A DNA stretch of 63,580 nt, filler included, from Chiloscyllium plagiosum (lineage: Eukaryota): the NCBI RefSeq assembly GCF_004010195.1. It is 6 parts of one record of this genome, joined end to end, with 100 filler letters (N's around TTAATTAATTAA, not from the genome) between each part and the next. Parts side by side here need not be neighbours in the genome. Positions count along the whole stretch, not along the records: positions 5,104 to 28,345 come from NC_057711.1; 5 more parts are not named here. One strand, given 5' to 3'. This document shows, piece after piece, positions 11,400 to 22,379 of the stretch (its first letter is position 1; every line of letters starts with the position of its first letter). A program made the translations under genes and the position numbers. The notes beneath the pieces were generated by a model. It searched no databases, was not told the DNA's origin, and worked only from the letters and a program-made list of their open reading frames with translations.

Positions 11400-12130
11400 C
11401 TATTTATCCCAGGGGAACAATGCTCTTTCATACTAATATTAAAAGTGAGGTAGGAAGAGGAGGGAATTGATCAGAGACCAAAATGGGGATTTATACATGA
11501 TGGACGCAGGGACAAGGCTGGAATAGTAAATGAATACTTTGTATCTATCTTTACCAAGGGTGGAGAACTACTTAGATGACAGTGAAACAGGAGGTAATTC
11601 ATACTCTTGAATGATTTAAAGTTGAAAAGGAGAAATATTAGATAGACTATCTGAATTTAAAAGAATAAGACACCAAGACTGGATGAGATTCATCTCAGAA
11701 TGCTGAAGGATATGAGAATGGAAGGTCTCATGGAGATATTGGCCATAATTATTTAATCTTCCTTAGACTTTAAGTGGTGATGTCAGGTGACTGCAGAATT
11801 ACAAATGCTACCTCTTGTTCAAAAAGTGTGTCAAAAATCAGCCCAGCAACTACAGGCTGGTCAGGTTAACTTCAGCAATGGTGATTGTTTTGGAGAAGGC
11901 AACTTAGGACAAAATAAATTGGTACTGTGGGTTAACTAACAAAAGCCAGCATGGATTTTTTTTAATGGTTGATTGCATTTAATTAACTGACTTGAGTTTT
12001 TTTTGATGAGGTAACAAAGAGGGTTGATGAGGTTAGTGCTTTTGATATGGATTTTCAAAAAACATTTGATAAAATGTTACTCAAGAGACCTGTGAGCAAA
12101 GAGACATTTCATGGAATAGAATTATCAAAA
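11400..12130 (+). mobile_element. CR1 LINE RT fragment (degenerate)
   Basis: NEYFVSIFT, NYRLVRLTS, SQHGF and MDFQKTFDK motifs. Confidence 0.8.
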
Positions 12131-12189
12131 ACAACATTGACATTGACAAAAGTGAAAATGTGAAAAGCCATTGGCCCAACAGAATTTTC

Positions 12190-14850
12190 ATTGTAGTAAT
12201 CAAAACAACTAATCCTTACTGGAGCCCCACCACAGCCAAATAGAACTGAATAGAGCAATGGAAAAAGCCTTATGCTTTCCTTAGCCCCATGGAGGGACTT
12301 GACCAAGCTCTGCACTGGATTAATTGATGCTGCTCCTTTGATCAATACCAGACCACTTTCAGTCTTACTCAGAAACCTGACAGGGATCAGGTTAGTTTCC
12401 TGCTGTACATAATGCTGATGCTGTTCTGATTTAACAAGGGATCGAAGAATAAACAAAGTATGAAGAAGTCACCAAAACCGTTGATTCTTATTTTAGCTCA
12501 CATGCAACTCTATAATAGACTGGATGAAATTCAGTGGGCATGGGCAGCATGCTGGCTCAGTAATTGGCACTGCTGTCTCACAGTGCCAGGAACCCAGGTT
12601 CAATTACACCCTCGGGCGACTGTGCGAAGTTTGCACATCCTCCTGTGACAGCATGGGTTTCCTCCAGTGCTCAGGTTTCCTCCCACAGTCCAAAGACGTG
12701 CAGGTTAGGTGGATTGGCCATGCTAGATTGCCCATAGTGTGCAGGGATGAGCAGGCGATGTGGATGAACCATGAGAAATGCAGGGTCACACAGATAGGAT
12801 GGGTCTGAGTGGGATGCTCTTCGAAGAATCTGTGTGGACTCGATGGGCCAAATGGTCTGCTTCCACACTGTAGGGATTCTATGATTCACAGCCAGGAAGA
12901 AGAAGAGGCTGTTTATTCCTTTAGTATTGACCTGTGCCAGCTCATTAAATGTTTCCAATATAGAATGTCCAGAAGTGAATTCAGAAGAGATTGTATCATA
13001 GTACAGTTACTGGATGAAGCTTCATCTGAATTCATGCAGTCCATACAGGACCTTACACTGACACATCAGTGCAGTTTTCCAGACAGGCTGAACGTCACAG
13101 TCTTTTTTGCTGAAGGGATGGGAAGCTGTCTGGGACCAGGCTCCTAATTTTGGCTCAGTCCAGTTCATCAATCAGAGGGTTGTCAGTGTGCCAGTATAAA
13201 AAGCTGTGGGAAGAGGGCACACTGTTGCTTCATGTTTGTGATATGAGAGGAAAATGCATCATTGTGGCCAAGCCTGCCTAGCCATTAATTGAGAATGCCA
13301 TCCATGCCATAACAAAAGTCTCATTTTGGATGATTTACTGCAGCAGCTGAAGAATTCCATCTGTAGGACAAAGATTTAAAACTAGACTACTCCAATTTGC
13401 AATTGCCCAAGAGGTAGATAAGACAAAATCACAAGAAGTATTTTTCATATGGGAAGTGTTAGATATACAGGGGAGTTATGATATCATGGTTAAAGACAGG
13501 AGCACAAATTTTAAATTGCATGAAGATGCAGGACTGTTTATTCTTTCAGAGACCACACCATAACTAAAGCCTAAACTTCTCTTCTATTCAATATTGTGCC
13601 AAAGAAGATACTCCACTTGGGGAGAGTGTAGATATGTATTACATCTTGATACAATGGGAGAGAGATCACCGGCGTGTTGCTTCATTCCTTCTCAGTATTG
13701 TTCATAACTGGAACATAGAAGCTTTATCAACCAAATGCAGTTGAAATTTCATTTGAATCAACATGCACTGAAATGGTCTTCAGTGAAGAAATTCCATGCC
13801 TAAGACCACAGGAGGATATCATAAATGTTTGATTTCTCTTTAAGGAGAGACGAGAGGAAGCAGAAGGGAAGTGCACAAACTACAAAAAACGATTAGCGAT
13901 CAGAGGATATTCTGGACCTTAATTTGCTCTCTCGGAAAGAGTGAAGGATAATGTTAAACAAAATACTACAAATATCAATGACATTGTACAGGGAGAGATA
14001 TTAAACCTTGCTTTACTCCTTGAAAACAGCTCAGTGAAGCAAAATTCTGATGCCTTTGCTGAGGAGACTCAGTATGATTTTCAGAGAAGTGACAAAGATG
14101 CATATGAGGTCAGCTCATTCTGCTGAAGACACCAACGACGTGTGACAGCAACCGGCTGCAGCAACCCCTATATGTGAAGAAGTACTGAAACTAGAGGTCT
14201 TCCTATTGCCAAAATAACTGTTGGGGAACAAATGCCTGGTTTTGTTGAACCTACAATCAAGTCCAGAGATCAGAAAATTACACAAGAGCTTATCACAGAT
14301 CTTAAGGAGTAATGTTTCTGAATCTGCAGGTTTCATTCACTGTAATGTTGGTGATAGCACATTTCCTATTGAAGCTACTGCCTGACAAGGAGAAAATTCA
14401 CACCAAAGAGAGTGTGTGAGAAGAAGCTGCCAACAGAAAGAGAAGGTCCTACCATATTAGCGGGAAAGACATAACTCATTTTTCAAGAATCTTTTATTCT
14501 TTTTGTTCATTTGATTTATTTGTGGATGAGCTATTACTTCATTGCTGGCAGTAGAAGATGCGGCTGTACAATTCCTCAGGTGTTGACTGAGCATTATTAG
14601 TTTCAAGGAAGAGCAGCTAAAAGTTTAGCCTTTCCCCAGAGGATAAGAAAGAAGACTAAAATAAATCTGCAAACAGGCAAATATCTGTCCATCATCTTTC
14701 TTCAATGATTAAGGAGTACGAGTCTCAGGCCCTGATGTTAGTCCTTCCGAGGAAAAGAATGTAAAGCTTGTTTGTCCTACCCATACCCCATAAAAGACAA
14801 GAACATAGTTGGAGCTTGACGTCTCTGGCAGGAGTGGGATGAAGAGAGGA
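12190..14850 (+). pseudogene. SMG6: Decayed SMG6-like copy F (most complete, EST1 to PIN)
   Basis: NPYWSP ~ NPYYYP; VQLLDEASSEFMQSIQDL (ORF 12809-13147) ~ LELLDEGSDFFDSLLQKL; KCLISL*GETR (13823) ~ ESLMSLFEETK; SDKDAYEVSSF (ORF 13941-14126) ~ DDQDDIKVSSF; MPGFV ~ LSGFV; LFVDEL ~ GFIDHL; AAKSLAF ~ ARKSIEF; KDKNI ~ DDRNL. Confidence 0.78.
12542..12887 (+). mobile_element. HE1-like tRNA-derived SINE inserted in SMG6-like copy F
   Basis: tRNA-like head, core GGATTGGCCATGCTAGATTGCCC, CR1-like tail GATTCTATGATTC. Confidence 0.85.
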
Positions 14851-15129
14851 GGATGAAAATCTAAATACTTAAGGGGTAGAGTGAAGGATTTGGGGAAGTT
14901 GTAACATAAGGAATTAATAGTTGTTAGGCGAATAGCATTATCAGTGATGTCAAGTCACATGAAATGGGACCTGAGAGAAAATGGTTTTAATTGAATCCTG
15001 CTGAATCTTGGCTCTGTTAATAGCGCAAATACTTAATAAAGGTTTATTAGCTTGCACTAGTATATTTCCAATCCTCATCTGTCAAAAGCATCCAGAAAAT
15101 GGTCATGTTATTCATACCAGTCAAGGTTC

Positions 15130-15512
15130 ATAGTGGAATTCTCCAAAGCTGCTCTTGCTCATGTATATTAAAGACATATACTTTGTGGTGTACAAGGCAC
15201 GTTTTCAAAACTTGGGGATGACACAAAACTTGGAAATTTTGTGAACTGTGAGGGTGGTAGTGTACAATTTTAAAAAGGCACTGGCAGGTTGGTGGAATGA
15301 GCATACAGATAACAGATAAAACATAATGTAAAATAGTGTGAAATGATTCATTTGGTAAGAAGAACACAGACAATATAAAATAAAAATGTACAATTCTGAA
15401 GATGTGCAGGAGCAGAGAAACTTGGGTGTATATGCACATGACTCACTGAAGGTAGGAAGACAGGTTTGGAGAATGGTTAATCAAACATACAGCATCCTGG
15501 GCTTTATCAATA
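15130..15512 (+). mobile_element. CR1 fragment, 5' part, split by a Penelope element and continuing at 18618-19035
   Basis: DDTKL...CEMIHL motifs; the sequence CTTTAT.AATA.G appears on both sides of the Penelope insertion. Confidence 0.7.
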
Positions 15513-15515
15513 TGG

Positions 15516-15992
15516 TGAAAGTGAGGACTGCAGATGCTGGAGATCAGAGTCAAGATTAGAGTGGTGCTGGAAAAGCACAGCAGGTCAGGCAGCATCCGAG
15601 GAGCAGGAAAATCGACTTTTCGGGCAAAAGCCCTTCATCAAGAATGAGGCTGAGAGCTTGTGGGGTGGAGAGATAAATCAGAGGGGGGTGGGGCTAGGGA
15701 GAAGGTAGCTAAGAGTGCAATAGGTGGATGGAGGTGGGGATAATGGTTATAGGTCGGAGAGGAGGGTGGAGCAGATTGGTGGGAAGGAAGGTTGGCAGGT
15801 AGGACAGGTCATGAGGATGGTGCTGAGCTGGCAGATTGGAACTAGGGTGAGATGGGGGGAGGGGAAATGAGGAAACTGATGAAGTCCACATTGATGCCCT
15901 GGGGTTGAAGTGTTCCGAGGCGGAAGATGAGGCGTTCTTCCTCCAGGCGTCGGGCAATGACGGAGTGGCGGTGGAGGAGGCCTGCATACTGC
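15516..15992 (-). mobile_element. Inverted copy of the Penelope 3' end (pseudo-LTR)
   Basis: Reverse complement matches 18170-18615 (RLEEERLIFRLGTLQPQGINVDF and the hammerhead-bearing tail). Confidence 0.9.
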
Positions 15993-15994
15993 TG

Positions 15995-18617
15995 ACATGC
16001 CCCCACAGATCCTAGTGTCACCATCCCTGCCCCCCAGAACCCTGAGTGGAACATCACCTCTGCAAATGACTCCATTCCCATTCCCCCTACCACCACACCC
16101 GCTCCAGTTACAGGCTCCGCCCCCACACCTAGCTCCACACCGACACCAGGTCCTAGCTCCCAGCCCTGCCGGGTTTTCACCATCTCCCCAGACCTCTCCC
16201 ACACTGAGGACAAATGATCAGTCCTCAGCAAAGGCCTTACTTTCATCCCCCTCTGTCCACACATCAATGAATTCAATACGTGTCATGACATCGAACACTT
16301 GTTTCACCACCTCCGCCTCCGAGCTTACTTTTTCCATCAAGAATCTTGTCCGCCTTCCGAGGACCCCTTCACCTACCTCCAACACACTCCATCCACCTTG
16401 ACACTCCGTGCTGGCTTATTACCCACCCTCAATCCCTTCATTTCCAACTGCCATCGAGACATTAACCACCTCAATCTGTCTACCCCCCTCCCCCACTCTA
16501 ACCTCTCATCCTCAAAACACGCAGCCCTCCACTCCCTCTGCTCCAATCCCAACCTCACCATCAAACCAGCAGATAAAGGGGGTGTGGTGTTAGTTTGGTG
16601 CACTGACCTCTACACCGCTGAAGCCAGACGCCAACTTGAAGACACCTCCTCCTACCGCCCTCTCGACCATGACCTCACCCCCATCAACAAACCATCATCT
16701 CCCAGACCATACAGAACCTCATCACCTCAGGAGATCTCCCACCCACAGCTTCCAACCTCGTAGTCTGGGAACCCCGCACCCCCCAATTCTACCTTCTTCC
16801 CAAGATCCACAAGCCTGACCACCCTGGCCGACTCATTGTCTCAGCCTGCTCCTGCCCCACCAAATTCATCTCTACCTACCTCGACACTGTCCTATCCTCC
16901 CTAGTCCAGGAACTCCCCATATACATTCGAGGCACCAACCATGCCCTCCTTCTCCTCAAGACTTTCGTTTTCCTGCCCCAATGCCTCATCTTCACCATGA
17001 ACATCCAATCCCTCTACACCTCCATTCGCCATAACCAGGTCCTTCAAGCCCTCTGCTTCTTCCTCTCCCAACGTCCCCAACAGTACCCTTCCACCGACAC
17101 TCTCATTCATTTGGCTGAACTGGTCCTCACCCTTAATAATTTCTCCTTCGAATCTTCCCACTTCCTCCGGACCAAAGGGGTAGCCGTGGGCACCTGCATG
17201 GGCCGAGCTATGCCTGTCTCTTTGTTGGCTACGTAGAACAGTCCATCTTCCGTAGTTACACCGACACCACTCCCCACCTCTTCCTCCGCTACATTGATGA
17301 CTGCATTGGCGCCATCTCATGCTCCCACGAGGAGGTTGAGCAGTTCATCAAGTTCACCAACACGTTCCATCTTAAATTCACCTGGACCATCTCTGACACC
17401 TCCCTCCCCTCCCATCTCCATCAATGATGACCGACTCAACATTGACATTTTTTACAAACCCACCGACTCCCACAGCTACCTGGATTACACCTCTTCCCAC
17501 CCTACCTCCTGCAAAAATGCCATCCCATATTCCCAATTCCTCCGCCTCCACCGTACCTGCTCCCAAGAGGACCAGTTCCACGACAGAACACACCAGATGG
17601 CCTCCTTCTTACCGTAACTTCCCCTCCCACGTGGTTGAAGATGCCCTCCAACGCAACTCGTCCACGTCCCGCACCTTTGCCCTCAAGCCCCACCCCTCCA
17701 ACTGCAGCAAGGACAGAACCCACCTGGTCCTCACCTTCCACCCCACCAACCTCCGAATAAACCACATCATCTGCTGACATTTCCGCCATTTACAAATGGA
17801 CCCCACCACCAGAGATAAATTTCCCTCCCCACCCTTATCCACTTTCCACAAAGGCCGTTCCCTCTGTGATTACCTGGTCAGGTCCACACCCCCAACAACC
17901 CACCCTTCCCTCCTGGCACCTTCTTCTGCCACCACACCTTCCCTCCTGCGCCCACACCTCCCCCCTCAACTGCATAGGCCCCAAAGGAGCCTTCCACATC
18001 CATAATGTCATCTATTGTATCCATTGCTCCCAATGCGGTCTCCTTTACATTAGGGAGACTGGATGCCTTCTCACAGAGTGCTTTAGGGAACATCTCCAGG
18101 ACAGCAGCACCAAACAACCCCACTGCCCAGTGGCCGAATGTTTCAACTCCCCATCCCACTCTGCCGAGGACATGCAGATCCTGAGCCTCCTCCACCGCCA
18201 TTCCCTCACTGCCTGATGCCTGGAGGAAGAACGCCTCAATTTCTGCCTCAGAACACTTCAACCCCAGGGCATCAATGTGGACTTCACCAGTTTCCTCAAT
18301 TCCCTTCACCCCCACCTCACCCCAGTTCCAACCTACCAGCTCAGCACCATTCTCATGACCTGTCTTACCTGCCAATCTTCCTTCCCACACATCCACTCCA
18401 CCCTCCTCTCCGACCTATCACCTTCATTGCCATCTCCATCCACCTATTGCACTCTTAGCTACCTTCTCCCCAGCCCCACCCCCATCCCATTTATCTCTCC
18501 ACCCCAGAGGCTCCCAGCCTCATTCCTAATGAAGGGCTTTTGCCAAAACATCGAATTTCCTGCTCCTCGGACGCTACCTGACCTGCTGTGCTTTTCCAGC
18601 ACCACTCTAATCCAGAC
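15995..18617 (+). mobile_element. Penelope-like retroelement, RT plus GIY-YIG endonuclease (frameshifted)
   Basis: IKPADKGG, MNIQSLYTSI, KGVAVGTCMG, RYIDD, FYKPTDSHSYLDY and NVIYCIHCSQCGLLYIRET motifs. Confidence 0.92.
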
Positions 18618-19145
18618 TTTATTAATAGGGGCCTACAGTATAAAAGCAAGGAGGTTATAGAAGCTTATTTAGGACACTGGTTCACCTCAACTGAAGTATA
18701 GTGTCCAGTTCTGCATTCCATACTTTAGGAAAAATGTGAAAGCAATGGAGAGAGTGCAGGAAGAAGTTAGAAAAATGGTCACAGATAAAAAGAACCTTCG
18801 GGTGATAGATTGATTGGAGAAAAAAATGTGTTCACACAGCAAGTAATTAGGATCTGCCTGAGAGTGTGGCGGAGGCAGGCTCAATCAAAGCTTTCAAAAG
18901 AGAATTGGATCAATTTCTGAAAAGGAAAAGATAGAGAGCCACAGAGAAAAGGCAGGAAAGTGACAGTGCATAAATTTATCTTTCATAGAGCCAGCACAGA
19001 CAATGGCAGACTGCCTTAAACATTCTATGATTCCATAGTTTGCAAATTTGCATATTATCAATCTGAAAGCACATTGTATTTGCACAGTGTCTTTCATAAT
19101 AAATGGATGTTTTCAAACACTTAAAATCTAGTCACTATTGCAATT

Positions 19146-19404
19146 GTTGTGTTATGGCACAGATTCCAAACCATAACAGACACTTTAACTTTAACGCTGT
19201 TCATGATATCACAACACGTGATGTTCCAGTATAAAGGTACCTGCTTAGCCTTCAGTCAGTATAGTCAGTTAGTTATGTGTGTGTGTGATGGACAATAACA
19301 TCAGTAAGTGCAGAGTCCACACTGTGTGTGTAAGTCTGTGATATCAGAGCCTTGTAAGTAGTCAGTATTGTAATAAAACCTTCAAGATATCAACGGAACC
19401 CAAC
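19146..19404 (+). mobile_element. Probable small solo LTR
   Basis: TGTTG...CAACA termini, TATAAA at ~19230 and AATAAA at ~19372; no TSD seen. Confidence 0.45.
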
Positions 19405-19989
19405 ACTCTGTGATAAATGCTATGTGGGCTAACATTCCTGAAGAAGGGCTTATGCCCGAAACGTCAATTCTCCTTCTCCTTTGATGCTGCCTGACCTGCT
19501 GCGCTTTTCCAGCAACACATTTTTAAGCTAACATATATAAAACCACATATCAGTAATGGAGGATGTGTAGCAGCCAATTTGCACACAGCAAATATGATAA
19601 TGACAAGATAATCTGCTTTTGAGACATTGCTTGAGGGATACACATTCACCAAAATGTTGGGAATAATGCCACCTCTCCTTTATCAAAACAGCAGCATGTG
19701 ATCTTGTTTGAGAAGGACCATAGTTTAACAACTCATCCAAAAGATAGCAATTCTGACAGTGCAGCACTCCCTCAGGACTGCACTGGAGTGTCAATCTACA
19801 TTTTTCATTCAGTCTTAAACCTGCAACCTTCTGACATGTAGGAAAAAGTGCTACAACTGAGCCACACCTAACGCACTGGAGGAGTACTGCACTGACAAAA
19901 GTGACATCCTTTGATTCCAAAACATCACCTGCCCCTCAGGTTTGCTGAGAAGATCTGAAGGCACTATTTCAAAGAACAGCAGGAGATCC

Positions 19990-22006
19990 AGAGTAAGTAT
20001 ATTCCTGTCAGGGTGAAAGGAAAGGCTGGTAGATATAGGGAATGCTGGATGACTAAAGAAATTGAGGGTTTGGTTAAGAAAAAGAAGGAAGTATATGTAA
20101 GGTATAGGCAGGATAGATCGAGTGAATCCTTAGAAGAGTATAAAGGAAGTAGGAGTATACTTAAGAGGGAAATCAGGAGGGCAAAAAGGGGACATGAGAT
20201 AGCTTTGGCAAATAGAATTAAGGAGAATCCAAAGGGTTTTTACAAATACATTAAGGACAAAAGGGTAACTAGAGAGAGAATAGGGCGCCTCAAAGATCAG
20301 CAAGGTGGCCTTTGTGTGGACCCACAGAAAATGGGGGAGATACTAAATGAATATTTTGCATCAGTATTTACTGTGGAAAAGGATATGGAAGATATAGACT
20401 GTAGGGAAATAGATGGTGACATCTTGAAAAATGTCCAGATTACAGAGGAGGAAGTGCTGGATGTCTTGAAATGGGTAAAGGTGATAAATCCCCAGGAACT
20501 GATCAGGTGTACCCTAGAACTCTGTGGGAAGCTAGAGAAGTGATTGCTGGGCCTCTTGCTGAGATATTTGTTTCATCGATAGTCACAGGTGAGGTGCCGG
20601 AAGACTGGAGATTAGTTAACATGGTGCCAATGTTTAAGAAGGGTGGTAATGACAAGCCAGGGAACTATAGACCAGTGAGCCTGACATCGGTAGTGGGCAA
20701 GTTGTTGGAGGGAATCCTGTGGGACAGGATGTACATGTATTTGGAATGGCAAGGACTGATTAGGAATAGTCAACATGGCTTTGTGTGTGGGAAATCCTGA
20801 TGAAGGGCTTTTGCCTGAAACGTCATTTTTACTGCTCCTCAGAAGGTTCCCCACGGGAGACTGATTTAGCAAGGTTAGATCTCACGGAATACAGGGAGAA
20901 CTAGCCATTTGGATACAGAACTGGCTCAAAGGTAGAAGACAGAGGGTGGTGGTGGAGGGTTGTTTTTCAGACTGGAGGCCTGTGACCAGTGGAGTGCCAC
21001 AAGGATCGGTACTGGGCCCTCTACTTTTTGTCATTTACATAAATGATTTGCATGCGAGCATAAGAGGTACAGTTAGTAAGTTTGCAGATGACACCAACAT
21101 TGGAGGTGTAGTGGACAGCAAAGAGGGTTACCTCAGATTACAACAGGATCTTGACCAGCTGGGCCAATGGGCTGAGAAGTGGCAGATGGAGTTTAATTCA
21201 AATAAATACGATGTGCTGCATTTTGGGAAAGCAAATCTTAGCAGGACTTATACACTTAATGGTGGGGTCCTAGGGAGTGTTGCTGAACAAAGAGACCTTG
21301 AAGTGCAGGTTCATAGCTCCTTAAAAGTGGAGTCACAGGTAGATAGGATAGTGAAGAAGGTGTTTGGTATGCTTTCCTTTATTGGTCAGAGTATTGAGTA
21401 CAGGAGTTGGGAGGTCATGTTGCAGCTGTACTGGACATTGATTAGGCCACTGTTGGAATATTGTGTGCAATTCTGGTCTCCTTCCTATCAGAAAGATGGT
21501 CTGAAACTTGAAAGGGTTCAGAAAAGATATACAAGGATGTTGTCAGGGTTGGAGGATTGAGCTATAGGGAGAGGCTGAACAGGCTGGGGCTGTTTTCGCT
21601 GCAGCGTCGGAGGCTGAGGGGTGACCTTTATAGAGGTTTACAAAATTATGAGGGGCATGGATAGGATAAATAGACAAAGTCTTTTCCCTGGGGTCGGGGA
21701 GTCCAGAACGATAGGGCATAGGTTTAGGGTGAGAGGGGAAAGATATAAAGGAGACCTACGGGGCAAGTTTTTCACGCAGAGGGTGGTACGTTTATGGAAT
21801 GAGCTGTCAGAGGAAGTGCTGGAGGCTGGTACAATTGCAACATTTAAGAGGCATTTGGATGGGTATACGAATAGGAAGGGTTTGGAGGGATATGGGCCGG
21901 GTGCTGGCAGATGGGACTAGATTGGGTTGGGATAGCTGGTCGACATGGACCGTTTTGACCGAAGAGCCTGTTTCCATGCTGTACATCCCAATGACTCTAT
22001 GACTCT
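19990..22006 (+). mobile_element. CR1 (HER1-like) LINE, 5'-truncated ORF2 and 3' tail
   Basis: PGNYRPVSLTS, SGVPQGSVLGPLLF, KFADDT and CVQFWSP motifs; ends with the ATGACTCT repeat; relatively young. Confidence 0.95.
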
Positions 22007-22379
22007 AATTCACCCTGGTTCCTGTTCAATGCTTAACCCTCAAGCAGCCTCTTAAAAACAGTGTCTGGTCCTTTTTAATTTGCTATTTGTGGGAGCTTCT
22101 GTATGCAAATTGGCAGCTGCATTTCCCCCATTGCGACAGTAAGCAAAATATTGTGAAGGTAATGTGGTCTCAACCAGCATTTGGAAAGCCAAACTAGTGC
22201 TGAGAAATGTAAAATGATTCCCCTCCTGCCTGAATAAATGGCCATGCCACTAAACTCACTACAGGACAGGTACAAGATTCTACCCAGTATCTGCACTCAA
22301 AGAAAACACTTTAAGACATCCTGAGGCTATATAACTACAAGTCTTTATTTTCTGTGTATTCAAAAAAAAAGCAAGTTAA

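Noticed and set aside
12109..12456. Minus-strand 115-aa ORF with a plausible splice donor, as a host exon
   Set aside because: No recognisable protein; the opposite strand matches the start of SMG6-like copy F.
13800..13920. Resemblance to a Copia RT motif (NYKKRLAIRGY)
   Set aside because: No other Copia motifs; flanking sequence fits SMG6 colinearly.
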